A stretch of 63,253 nt of DNA, filler included, from a bacterium (GCA_027063545.1; 10 parts of 10 records of this genome joined end to end with filler, not necessarily neighbours in it); one strand, 5' to 3'. Positions 43,050 through 52,661 are shown, numbered from the whole stretch's first letter. The notes: a model not told the origin generated them from the sequence alone. Program-made: numbers and translations.

Positions 43050-44188
43050 TGTATAAAATTCCTTTTAATAAACCTTGCTATACTGGTAATGAAGATAAAT
43101 ACGTACTACAGGCTATGAGAAGTTCTCATATATCAGGAAATGGTCCATTTGGACAAAAATGTGAAAAATGGTTTGAGGAAAAACTAGATTGTAAAAGAGC
43201 TTTACTTACACCTTCCTGTACACACGCTCTTGAAATGGCCGCTATGCTTATTAATATTGCACCTGGAGACGAAGTTATAATGCCCTCTTTTACTTTTGTA
43301 TCCACAGCAAATGCTTTTGTGTTAAGAGGAGCAAAGGTAATATTTGTAGATATCAGACCAGATACTATGAACATAGATGAAAATTTGATAGAACAGGCAA
43401 TTACGGAAAAAACTAAAGCGATTGTTGTTGTGCATTATGCAGGTGTTTCTTGTAATATGGATAAAATAATGGATATAGCAGAAAAATATAACTTATTTGT
43501 AATTGAAGATGCAGCTCAAGGAATGATGAGTTTTTATAAAGATAAACCTCTAGGAACAATTGGTCACCTTGGAACTTACAGTTTCCATGAAACAAAAAAT
43601 TATACAAGTGCTGGAGAAGGAGGGCTTTTGATTATAAATGATGAAAAGTTTGTAGAAAGAGCAGAAATTATAAGAGAAAAAGGAACAAACAGAAGCCAGT
43701 TTTTTAAAGGTTTAGTAGATAAATATACATGGGTTGATATTGGAAGTAGTTACCTAATGAATGATGTAAGTGCAGCTTACTTGTGGGGTCAACTTGAAAA
43801 AGCAGAAGAAATTTTGGAATATAGACTCAACGCCTGGAATTTTTATTATGAAAACTTAAAAAAATTAGAAAATAATGGATATCTGGAGTTACCTGTAATT
43901 CCAAAAAACTGTAAGCACAATGCTCATATTTTTTATATTAAATTGAAAAATAAAAATATTAGGGACAAATTATTAAATTTTTTAAAGCAAAATGGAATCT
44001 TAGCCACATTTCATTATATTCCATTGCATATTTCCCCAGCTGGAAGGAAATATGGAGAATTTAGAGGTAAGGACGTATATACTACTAAGGAAAGTAGTAG
44101 ATTAATAAGATTGCCTTTGTTTTATGGTATAAAAAAAGAAGAACAGTTATTTGTTGTTAGAAAAATAGAAGAATTCTTTAATATTTAA
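43049..44188 (+). CDS. wecE: dTDP-4-amino-4,6-dideoxygalactose transaminase
   Basis: IPFNKP, TPSCTHALE, EDAAQG, SFHETKN, EKGTNRS, HYIPLH. Confidence 0.93.
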   Translation: MYKIPFNKPCYTGNEDKYVLQAMRSSHISGNGPFGQKCEKWFEEKLDCKRALLTPSCTHALEMAAMLINIAPGDEVIMPSFTFVSTANAFVLRGAKVIFVDIRPDTMNIDENLIEQAITEKTKAIVVVHYAGVSCNMDKIMDIAEKYNLFVIEDAAQGMMSFYKDKPLGTIGHLGTYSFHETKNYTSAGEGGLLIINDEKFVERAEIIREKGTNRSQFFKGLVDKYTWVDIGSSYLMNDVSAAYLWGQLEKAEEILEYRLNAWNFYYENLKKLENNGYLELPVIPKNCKHNAHIFYIKLKNKNIRDKLLNFLKQNGILATFHYIPLHISPAGRKYGEFRGKDVYTTKESSRLIRLPLFYGIKKEEQLFVVRKIEEFFNI

Positions 44189-44218
44189 TTTACTTTTTAA
44201 GAGGAGGTTTAATAAAAA

Positions 44219-44659
44219 ATGGATGTTGCTCATAGAAGAGAAAATGCTATAAGAAGACTATTTGCTGAAGGTTTAAAATGTTGTCCAGATTTTCTTCAAA
44301 ATTTTAACGGGAATGTTTTGGGTGTATATGGTGATCCAGCTGGACTGGCGAAAGCTGATATTTTAGATTGTAAAAATGAAAAGGATATAGAGAAATGTTT
44401 AAAACTTAAATATTTGGTTGGATATACCGTATTAGTTTTATTAAATGTTATTGAACATTGTCAAAAGGATTTATCTAAAATTTTAAAGAAAGAGTTAAAG
44501 AATTTAGAAGATGATTTACTCTTTAAACTAAGAATATTAGATAATATGAAATGTCCGCAGAATTGTGAAGATATTTTAAAAATTTTTGATGAACTAATAA
44601 ATAACTATATATTAGATGAAAAAAATAATTTTATTTTGGAACAATGTTGCAATAAATAA
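44219..44659 (+). CDS. Cys-rich hypothetical protein A
   Basis: 146 aa, 9 Cys, AGGAGG RBS. Confidence 0.75.
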   Translation: MDVAHRRENAIRRLFAEGLKCCPDFLQNFNGNVLGVYGDPAGLAKADILDCKNEKDIEKCLKLKYLVGYTVLVLLNVIEHCQKDLSKILKKELKNLEDDLLFKLRILDNMKCPQNCEDILKIFDELINNYILDEKNNFILEQCCNK

Positions 44660-44687
44660 AAATTAAATTTTAATTCTGGAGGTTAAA

Positions 44688-45071
44688 ATGAATAAAAATT
44701 CAAGACTAATGTTGAGAAAATTATTAGGCCCAAAAAAAGAAGAAAACTTAATTCCAGTATTGGATCATCGTAAAACTCAGAGATTTTGTTTTGTGCAAAA
44801 TAGGGATACTGGTACTGTTCATATAGCTTGTTGTGTAAAAGAGAATGATTCATTTGAATGTTATAAAGAAAATATTGTTAATCTTAACTGCAAAAGTATG
44901 ATAAACAAGTTAAAGTTAGAATATTTCAATGTTAGTCCATATTTAAAAAAAGATATAAGTAAAAGGTGTTTTACATTAGATGAGATAAGAAAAATAGCTG
45001 CAATTTTAGCTAATCTAGGTATAAACATATGTGCCAAATGTATATCCATGTTTTATACAAATAACCTATGA
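44688..45071 (+). CDS. Cys-rich hypothetical protein B, putative Zn-binding
   Basis: 127 aa, 8 Cys including C-terminal CAKC, GGAGG RBS. Confidence 0.75.
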   Translation: MNKNSRLMLRKLLGPKKEENLIPVLDHRKTQRFCFVQNRDTGTVHIACCVKENDSFECYKENIVNLNCKSMINKLKLEYFNVSPYLKKDISKRCFTLDEIRKIAAILANLGINICAKCISMFYTNNL

Positions 45072-45083
45072 TGGCAAGAAACA

Positions 45084-45152
45084 TTGGAAATTAAACAAAA
45101 AACTACATCTTCAATAAAATGGAGTGTATTATTAAGTATTTTTATTAGCTAG
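45084..45152 (+). pseudogene. possible remnant of a Wzx-type flippase N-terminus
   Basis: LEIKQKTTSSIKWSVLLSIFIS* resembles the LKQKxxSxIKWS start of Wzx flippases. Confidence 0.4.
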
Positions 45153-45318
45153 TTGTAAGGTTGTTTATACGAGGATATAATAAGTTACATATCATAAAAA
45201 CATAATGAACATTTTTAGAAATAAACATAACTTCTTAATACAGAAATTACATTCAAAAGATTAAATATTAACCAGTACCTTGAGTTAATAAAAATATTTT
45301 TTATAGGGAGAATATGAT

Positions 45319-46011
45319 ATGAAACCAAGTAAATATCATAAAAATAAAAGTTTCCATAATTGGCTTGTATATAGAACCTTAGATAGGCATTTAATTAAAT
45401 ATTCAAAATATATTAAGGGAATCTTGGTAGATTTGGGATGTGGGGAAAAACCGTATAAAGAATTTTTTTTAAAATATTGCAATAAGTACATAGGGGTAGA
45501 CTGGAGTAATTCTTTGCATAACGTTAAACCTGATGTTATTTCAGACTTAAATCAAAAAATAAATTTACCAAGTGAGTATGCAGATACGGCTGTGGCTATC
45601 TCTGTTATGGAGCATTTATATAATCCACAAAAATTTTTAAATGAAGTTTATAGAATATTGAAAAAAGATTCTTACTTTATTTTACAGATTCCCTGGCAGT
45701 GGTGGGTACATGAGGCTCCTTATGATTATTTTAGATATACTCCTTATGCTCTTAAATATTTATTAGAAAATGCTGGATTTGAAATTATAGAAATATCTCC
45801 ACAAGGTGGATTATTTAGTACTTTAGCATTGAAATTAAATTATTTTACTCTTAGACTTATAAAAGGTCCAAAATTTTTAAAACTTTTGATAAAGCTATTT
45901 TTAATACCTATGTGGAACTTGTCTCAGTATCTAGCTATATTATTGGATAAGTTAGATAGACATTGGATGTTAGAGGCACCAGGTTATTTTGTTTTAGCCA
46001 GAAAGAAATGA
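45319..46011 (+). CDS. class I SAM-dependent methyltransferase
   Basis: LVDLGCGEKPY, SVMEHL, HEAPYDYFRYT. Confidence 0.9.
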   Translation: MKPSKYHKNKSFHNWLVYRTLDRHLIKYSKYIKGILVDLGCGEKPYKEFFLKYCNKYIGVDWSNSLHNVKPDVISDLNQKINLPSEYADTAVAISVMEHLYNPQKFLNEVYRILKKDSYFILQIPWQWWVHEAPYDYFRYTPYALKYLLENAGFEIIEISPQGGLFSTLALKLNYFTLRLIKGPKFLKLLIKLFLIPMWNLSQYLAILLDKLDRHWMLEAPGYFVLARKK

Positions 46012-46020
46012 TAGAAATAA

Positions 46021-46243
46021 GGTATTCTTATTAAAATCTGATAAATATAGCTTTATTAGATTTGCCTTCATAATAAAGACTAATAGCTAACGAGTGTTTA
46101 AGCATGTTTTAAACTGGGATTGCCCCAAAAACTGTGTAAATTTTATCACACCTCCCGCATTTTTTGCTCTTAACCAAGAATGCAAAGCTTCATTTCTATT
46201 TACCTCTTTAAACTTACCGTTTTTAACTTTTTCTCGTTTATAT
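46021..46243 (-). mobile_element. degenerate IS1-family element, right copy (inverted, truncated by contig end)
   Basis: Minus strand encodes KFKEVNRNEALHSWLRAKN and MLKHSLAISLYY; terminus GGTATTCTTATTAAAATCTGATA at 46021. Confidence 0.8.
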
Positions 46244-46343
46244 NNNNNNNNNNNNNNNNNNNNNNNNNNNNNNNNNNNNNNNNNNNNTTAATTAATTAAN
46301 NNNNNNNNNNNNNNNNNNNNNNNNNNNNNNNNNNNNNNNNNNN

Positions 46344-46652
46344 TATATTAATTTCATCTACTTTTTCATAAAAGTTATTATCTATTATATATTTTGCCAA
46401 TGCTCTTATACCATTACCACACATCTCAGCAAAACTTCCATCACTATTCCAATAATCCATGAAATAAAATCCACTTTCTCCTCTAACTAATCCAATTAGT
46501 CCATCGCATCCAATTCCAAAGTGTCTATCACATATTTTTTTTGCGAGTTCACTCATTTTTTCTCTGGGGATAATTCCAGAGAGATTATCAAATATAACAA
46601 AATCATTACCTAAACCATGAATTTTTTGAAATTCTATTTTTATCTTTGCCAT
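46344..46652 (-). CDS. dapF: diaminopimelate epimerase (3' truncated)
   Basis: HGLGNDF, DRHFGIGCDG, NSDGSFAEMCGNGIR. Confidence 0.95.
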
Positions 46653-46654
46653 AT

Positions 46655-47302
46655 TTATCTTCTCCTTTTTATATAGTGTATTATATCATATATATTATTT
46701 ATAATAGTAATATCATTTGTTTTCCCATTTAAAGAAGAATTATCATATTCCCATTTTAACCAAAAACATTTCCATCCTAAATTACAAGCAGGATATAAAT
46801 TTATAAGTCTATCATCTATAAAAATTATATCATTTTCATTAGGGTATATCTTTTTTATATATTGATTAACCTTTTTATAGCTTTCTTTATTTGGTTTTCC
46901 AGAAAAACTAAAAAATTCGATATCAAAGATTTCATTAAAAAATTCATGTATTCCCAGCATTTTTAAACCTTTTTTAATATATCTTTTTAACCCATTACTA
47001 AATATAAATTTATCACCTTCTATATGATTTAATAGATTTATCAGATCAGAATCTTTTTTTAATGTTAGATCTATATCTAGAATAAAATCGAAGTACTCTT
47101 TAGGATTAATATTATGATGTAGTTTTAGCCCTTCTATAGTGGTACCATATTTATTATAATAATCTTTTCTTATATTATGAGCTTTTTCGATAGAAACATT
47201 TAGTTTTATTTTTATAAATTCAGCTATTTTATCATCAATTTTTTCAATTATACCTAAGTCAGCGGGATATAAAACATTATCGTAATCAAAAATAAAAATC
47301 AT
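46655..47302 (-). CDS. HAD-family pyrimidine 5'-nucleotidase-like hydrolase
   Basis: FDYDNVLY, YYNKYGTTIEGL, FSN, KP, FIDD. Confidence 0.85.
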   Translation of the reverse strand: MIFIFDYDNVLYPADLGIIEKIDDKIAEFIKIKLNVSIEKAHNIRKDYYNKYGTTIEGLKLHHNINPKEYFDFILDIDLTLKKDSDLINLLNHIEGDKFIFSNGLKRYIKKGLKMLGIHEFFNEIFDIEFFSFSGKPNKESYKKVNQYIKKIYPNENDIIFIDDRLINLYPACNLGWKCFWLKWEYDNSSLNGKTNDITIINNIYDIIHYIKRRR

Positions 47303-47308
47303 AAATTA

Positions 47309-47947
47309 TTATATATCTTCCTCAATCCCATCAATTAATTCAGTTAACATCTTTATTTCTTCAATGTATTGAGAAGTATAATCTTCTTTAGAATCAAAAT
47401 ATTCCAATAATTCCTCTGTAATTTCATCATTTAAATCAAAAGTGGATTTTTTTACTTTATCGCCAACTTCAAATCCCCATCTTTCTAATAATTCTGGAGT
47501 AACCTCTAAGGCATCTTCTAGAGATAAAAATTTCATTGGTCCCCAAAATGCCCACCATGATTTAATTCTATTTGAGGTAGCTTTATTAAAACAAGATTCT
47601 ATTCTTCCATACATATCTTTAATCTTTACAACAGTCATCATTCCTGTTATTAAGATTTTATCTTTATATTCTTCATTTATTCCTTTATATTTTGTAAGAA
47701 AGAAGATATACTTTTTTTGTCTTTTAACAAATAAATCCCTTTCTTTTAGATTTAAACAATCATAATATCCAAAAGTAGAAGTCTCTATATTAGGATCTTT
47801 TAATTTAAAATCTTTTCTTTGTTCTCCAAAAATATCCCTAATAGGAAGTTCTGCTGATAAACTGGTATTATAAGTGAGTATAAATCCTTCTTTGCTTGTT
47901 GTAGTGTAATCATCCCATAAGAAAAGGTTGATATCATTATTTAGCAT
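47309..47947 (-). CDS. hypothetical protein, Nmad3-like
   Basis: DPNIETSTFG...YIFFLT...ITGMMTV pattern; family resemblance by eye only. Confidence 0.65.
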   Translation of the reverse strand: MLNNDINLFLWDDYTTTSKEGFILTYNTSLSAELPIRDIFGEQRKDFKLKDPNIETSTFGYYDCLNLKERDLFVKRQKKYIFFLTKYKGINEEYKDKILITGMMTVVKIKDMYGRIESCFNKATSNRIKSWWAFWGPMKFLSLEDALEVTPELLERWGFEVGDKVKKSTFDLNDEITEELLEYFDSKEDYTSQYIEEIKMLTELIDGIEEDI

Positions 47948-48082
47948 GTTAAATCTCCTATTTAAAATTTAAGTTTTAATAAAAGTAGAAAAAAATTTAT
48001 TTTATATATAGAAATTTATGTTAAACTAAAAATAGAAAAAATAGATATATAAAATCAAGAGAAAAAATAGGAGAAGATATAG

Positions 48083-49303
48083 ATGTATGATTTTCATATA
48101 ATAAAAGGCGGTGTTACTGCACCTTTAGGATTTGATGCTGCAGGAATTAGAGTTCCTATAAGGGAGGATAATAAGAGAAAGCCTGATCTTGCTGCTATTT
48201 ATTGTAGAGAAAGAGCAATTGTTGCAGGAGCTTTTACAACTAATGTGGTAAAAGCAGCCCCTGTTTTATGGGATATGGAAATAGTAAAAAAAGGATATGC
48301 AAGAATAATAGTTGCAAATTCTGGTATTGCTAATGCAGCTACAGGGAAAGAAGGTTATAATGATATGATAAAGATTATAAAAAGTATTTCTGAGGTATGG
48401 GATATACCAGAAGAAGAGATTTTAGTTGCTTCTACAGGAGTAATTGGAGAGAGATTACCTGTTGATAGAATAATTAAGAAACTTCCAGCTTTAAAGAAGA
48501 AATTAGGAAGAGATATAAAAGAAACATATGCTAAAGCTATAATGACTACAGATACTTTTCCCAAGACAGCTGCTGTATCTTTGGATATAGATGAGCATAT
48601 AGTAACAATAGGAGGTGTAGCTAAAGGAGCTGGGATGATACATCCTAATCTTGCAACTATGTTAGCCTTTTTTACTACAGATGTAAATATAACAAAAGAG
48701 ATGCTTGATATTGCAATAAAAAGAGTCGTAGAGCATTCTTTTAATTCAATAACTGTAGATGGTGACACATCAACAAATGATACAGTTCTTATTATGTCTA
48801 GTAATATGGCGGGAAACAGAATAATAGATAAGGAAGATGAGAGATTTGAGAAATTTTATAAGGCTTTAGAATTTGTAGCTCAAGATTTAGCAAAAAAGAT
48901 AGTAAAAGATGGAGAAGGTGCAACAAAGTTAATTACTATTATAGTTGAAGGGTTAAAAAGCTATGAAGATGCGAAAAAAATAGCTGTTAGTATTGCTAAG
49001 TCAAATTTAGTAAAAACTGCCTTTTTTGGTAATGATCCTAATTGGGGGAGAATTTTAGCAGCAGCTGGAAGTGCTGGAGTAGATTTTGATCCTAATAAGA
49101 TAGAGATATTACTAAATGATATTCCAATTGTACAGGATGGTATAACTTCAGAGTATTTTGAAGAGTCAATAGTAAAGAATGAAATGAAAAAGAAAGAGGT
49201 TACTTTGGTAGTAAACTTTCACAATGGGCCTGTAAGTAGTACTGTTTGGACATGCGATATGACTTATGATTACATAAAGATTAACGCATCATATAGAACT
49301 TAA
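48083..49303 (+). CDS. argJ: bifunctional glutamate N-acetyltransferase
   Basis: NSGIANAATG, STGVIG, MTTDT, KGAGMIHPNLATML, DTSTND, DGEGATK. Confidence 0.96.
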   Translation: MYDFHIIKGGVTAPLGFDAAGIRVPIREDNKRKPDLAAIYCRERAIVAGAFTTNVVKAAPVLWDMEIVKKGYARIIVANSGIANAATGKEGYNDMIKIIKSISEVWDIPEEEILVASTGVIGERLPVDRIIKKLPALKKKLGRDIKETYAKAIMTTDTFPKTAAVSLDIDEHIVTIGGVAKGAGMIHPNLATMLAFFTTDVNITKEMLDIAIKRVVEHSFNSITVDGDTSTNDTVLIMSSNMAGNRIIDKEDERFEKFYKALEFVAQDLAKKIVKDGEGATKLITIIVEGLKSYEDAKKIAVSIAKSNLVKTAFFGNDPNWGRILAAAGSAGVDFDPNKIEILLNDIPIVQDGITSEYFEESIVKNEMKKKEVTLVVNFHNGPVSSTVWTCDMTYDYIKINASYRT

Positions 49304-49351
49304 ATTTTTTTCTTTGTTTTTCTTCTTTAAGCTTCCTTTTTTATTCCTTTT

Positions 49352-49367
49352 TGGCATATTTATTGCA
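49352..49367 (+). promoter_or_regulatory. sigma54 (-24/-12) promoter of the hook operon
   Basis: TGGCAT-ATTTA-TTGCA, GG and GC 12 nt apart, 55 nt upstream of the first gene. Confidence 0.85.
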
Positions 49368-49422
49368 TTCCCATTTTTAATGTAAATACTGAAAAAATTT
49401 TTGAGAAAGGAGATGTAAAATT

Positions 49423-50034
49423 ATGGATGAAAGGAAATTAATAATTATTATAATGATCGTATTTATGATTTCTCAGTTTATTATATTTGGAACCTTATTT
49501 TTTGCAGGATTATTTAGATTTGAAGTTTCAACGCCGGAAAGTAGTAAGATTTTTGATGTACACACTGTATTAGAAAATAAACGAGAAGTACGATTGGATT
49601 CAATATTAGCCAAAAATTATTATATGTATGAAGCATTAAAGAGACAACAAAAGTTATTAGAAGCTAAACAGGAAAGTTTAATTGTATATGAGAATAGAAT
49701 AAAGATGTTAGAAAAGGAGATTCAAAAAAGAAAAGCTGAGATTGAGAAGACAAAAAAAGAAATAGAGAATTTGGTTCTTGAGAATAAAAAATTAGAAGCC
49801 AAAAAAGAGACTATTCTAGATAAAAAGTATAAAAGATTGGCTAAAATATACGCTAATATAGAACCCCAGCAAGCAGCTAGATATTTGGAAGCTATGGATA
49901 GTAAAACAGCAATAGAAATTTTAATAAGGATGAATCCAGAGAATGCAGGCGCTATAATGAAGTACTTAAAGGATACAAAAAAGGGTATAGAAATTACTAA
50001 AGCTGCCTTAAAAGGGTTAATAAAAAAGAATTAA
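49423..50034 (+). CDS. MotE/YlxF/FlbB-like flagellar protein
   Basis: TM, coiled coil, MgtE_N-like RLAKIYANIEPQQAA...ILIRMNPENAGAIM; precedes fliK. Confidence 0.75.
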   Translation: MDERKLIIIIMIVFMISQFIIFGTLFFAGLFRFEVSTPESSKIFDVHTVLENKREVRLDSILAKNYYMYEALKRQQKLLEAKQESLIVYENRIKMLEKEIQKRKAEIEKTKKEIENLVLENKKLEAKKETILDKKYKRLAKIYANIEPQQAARYLEAMDSKTAIEILIRMNPENAGAIMKYLKDTKKGIEITKAALKGLIKKN

Positions 50035-50051
50035 TATAAAAGGAGAAAGCC

Positions 50052-51878
50052 ATGCTAAACTCTACTAATATCACCTCTTTAAATAAAATAGAGAAAATTC
50101 AGATGAACGATTTGAATTTTAATAAGAATAATGATTTAAAAGAAGAAAATTTTTCCTCTTTTGAAAGTTTATTAGATTTACTGTTGTCTAAAACTTTTAA
50201 CAGTACAATACAGACCCAATCTATAGATAATTCTGCAAATACATTAAATAACTCTATAAAAAATAGTTTTTTAGATAGATTAAAATACGATAATAGCCGT
50301 GTAATGAAAAATATAGATCAAAGAGAATATGTAAAAATAGAAAAGAAGTCTTTAGATAAAGAAAGTAAAGCTATTAATAGGAAAGATAATAAAATAGAAA
50401 ATAAAATAGAAGAAATAAAAGACTCAGAAGATTTGAAAAAAACAAAAAGAAAGATTCCAAAAAGAAATTATAAAGTCTACACCCAAGAATTATTTTATTT
50501 AAATATTAGCCTTATCCAAACAATAGTAACAGATTTGAATAATAAATTAGATGTAAATGAATTAAGTAAGTCTAAATTTTCAGATCCTATTATAGAAAAT
50601 AGCGAGACTTTAAATAACTTTATAAATAAACTTTCAAATATTTTAAATAATTTTTTTAAGTTAGAAGATTATACAAATAAAGATGTTCCAAAAGAAAATA
50701 TATTATCAGTATTAAAAACAATAAAACAAGAACTTCTTTTATTAAAAGAGAATGAAATATTTAAAAATTTAGTTCAATCAAATGAATTCCAACATAAATT
50801 AGATTATAATCTTAAACTTCTTGATAGTCTTATAAATTTTTTTGCTTCTAAGGATAATAATGAATTAGAAAATAATGAGGATTTGCATTTTAATAAATTA
50901 GTAGAACTACTAAATAAAGATTTAAAAGATATTAATAAAAATTTTACGTCTACTAATAAATTAAATAATGAAAACCAGACTTCTGAAAAACAATATATTT
51001 CTCAAAAGATCTTCGTAGAATTAAAAAAATTAAGTGTAGAATTTAAAGAAATAGAAATAAAGTTAAATAATGAGCCTAAAATAAGTAAAGATGCTTTATC
51101 TTCTTTAAAGAATATGTTGTCCCAATTGGAAAATAATGTTTATTTGAAAGAAAATAAGGTATCATTAAATAATGATTTTAACCAAAATTCTATCCAAATT
51201 GATCAGTCTTTAGGTTTTAATATTAAAGAAGGTAAAAAAACATCTAATATAATAAATACTTTTTTTAATAAAGATGGTAAAGGAAAAATTTTCCCTACAA
51301 TAAAAGAGGATAATAATCAATCAATAGTTTCTAATCATCAAAATGGAAAAAATTTTTCTGAAATAGCCAATTCTGGGAAAATTTTAAACATAGAAGAGGT
51401 AAAAGAACCAGAAAATCTAATTAAAACAGAAAAAAGTACTAAAAATTATGGTAAAAATATAATAGAACAAATAAAATCAGAATTTAAGAAATATACCAAT
51501 ATTCATAAAGTTAAACATATAACAGTTAAATTAGAACCTAAAACTCTAGGAAAGTTAGATATTGAGTTAGTTTTCAAAGACAAAGATTTAAAAATGCATA
51601 TTAAAGTTTTAAATCCTGAAACTCATGCTATATTAAAGGAAAATATTCATCATTTAAAGGAGACTTTGAATAATATTGGCATAAATATTGTAAATATAGA
51701 TTTAGAGATGAAAGAGAATAATGAAGAGAACTTCAAAGAAGCTTTAAATAAAGAGTTTGGTTCTTTTAAAGACAATAGCAAAGAAAAAGAAAATTTAGAT
51801 TATAAAGAAGATAGTAATGGAAATAAAAGATTTTTAAAGAGAAAATATGGTAACTCAAGATATGAGATAATAATATAA
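50052..51878 (+). CDS. fliK: flagellar hook-length control protein
   Basis: C-terminal VKLEPKTLGKLDIEL...LKETLNNIGI; upstream of flgD. Confidence 0.85.
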   Translation: MLNSTNITSLNKIEKIQMNDLNFNKNNDLKEENFSSFESLLDLLLSKTFNSTIQTQSIDNSANTLNNSIKNSFLDRLKYDNSRVMKNIDQREYVKIEKKSLDKESKAINRKDNKIENKIEEIKDSEDLKKTKRKIPKRNYKVYTQELFYLNISLIQTIVTDLNNKLDVNELSKSKFSDPIIENSETLNNFINKLSNILNNFFKLEDYTNKDVPKENILSVLKTIKQELLLLKENEIFKNLVQSNEFQHKLDYNLKLLDSLINFFASKDNNELENNEDLHFNKLVELLNKDLKDINKNFTSTNKLNNENQTSEKQYISQKIFVELKKLSVEFKEIEIKLNNEPKISKDALSSLKNMLSQLENNVYLKENKVSLNNDFNQNSIQIDQSLGFNIKEGKKTSNIINTFFNKDGKGKIFPTIKEDNNQSIVSNHQNGKNFSEIANSGKILNIEEVKEPENLIKTEKSTKNYGKNIIEQIKSEFKKYTNIHKVKHITVKLEPKTLGKLDIELVFKDKDLKMHIKVLNPETHAILKENIHHLKETLNNIGINIVNIDLEMKENNEENFKEALNKEFGSFKDNSKEKENLDYKEDSNGNKRFLKRKYGNSRYEIII

Positions 51879-51892
51879 AAAGGAGTATAAAA

Positions 51893-52630
51893 ATGGAAGT
51901 AAAACCATTAAACGTAGAAGAGTTAATGCAAAGCTTTCAAAATAAAGATAATAATAAAACAGAAAGAAATGTTTCCAAAGATCCTCTTAAGTGGGATAAG
52001 ACGGAGTTTTTAAAACTTTTAATTATGCAATTAAAATATCAAAATCCTATGAATCCTGTTGATAATGAAGGCTTTGTTGAGCAATTATCTCAACTTACAG
52101 CATTGGAAACTTCACAAAATACATATAATTTATTAAAAGAAATGAAAGATAGTTTTGATAATATAGAAAGTACTTTTAAAAATTCTGCCGAGAGCTTAAA
52201 ACAGGCTTCTGTATTAAACATTATAGGAAAAAAAGCAGTTGTTTTAGGGGATAGATTTAGTGTTGAAGATACAGAAAATCCTGTAGAAATCAATTTTAAA
52301 TTTAGTGAACCTAATGAATTGCCTGATAGATTTAGAATGGAAATATATGATAATGCAGGTAACCTAATTAATTACTATACGATTTTGAGTTCTACATTAA
52401 AAGATGGAGAAGGTAGTTTTAATTGGGATTTAAGAGATAATAATGGAATATTAGTACCTAAAGGCGAATATAAGGTTATTTTTAAAGATTTTGATGGTAA
52501 TATAATAAACGATGGCGGAATATTGACTGAAGGTAGTGTAGATGGGGTAAAATTTTTGAAAGAAGGTCAAGTATCATTAATTATAAATGGAAATGTATAT
52601 AATTTTGAAGACATTGAAGAAATAAAATAA
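51893..52630 (+). CDS. flgD: flagellar hook capping protein
   Basis: FLKLLIMQLKYQNPMNPVDN..FVEQLSQ; WDLRDNNG..VPKGEY. Confidence 0.93.
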   Translation: MEVKPLNVEELMQSFQNKDNNKTERNVSKDPLKWDKTEFLKLLIMQLKYQNPMNPVDNEGFVEQLSQLTALETSQNTYNLLKEMKDSFDNIESTFKNSAESLKQASVLNIIGKKAVVLGDRFSVEDTENPVEINFKFSEPNELPDRFRMEIYDNAGNLINYYTILSSTLKDGEGSFNWDLRDNNGILVPKGEYKVIFKDFDGNIINDGGILTEGSVDGVKFLKEGQVSLIINGNVYNFEDIEEIK

Positions 52631-52661
52631 AAAAATTTAAAATAAAAAAAGGAGGCCCAAG

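Noticed and set aside
40428..44188. Complete enterobacterial common antigen pathway
   Set aside because: Only rfbB, wecE and a wecF-like gene are present; no wecA/B/C/G or wzyE, and the acyltransferase is hexapeptide-type rather than GNAT WecD
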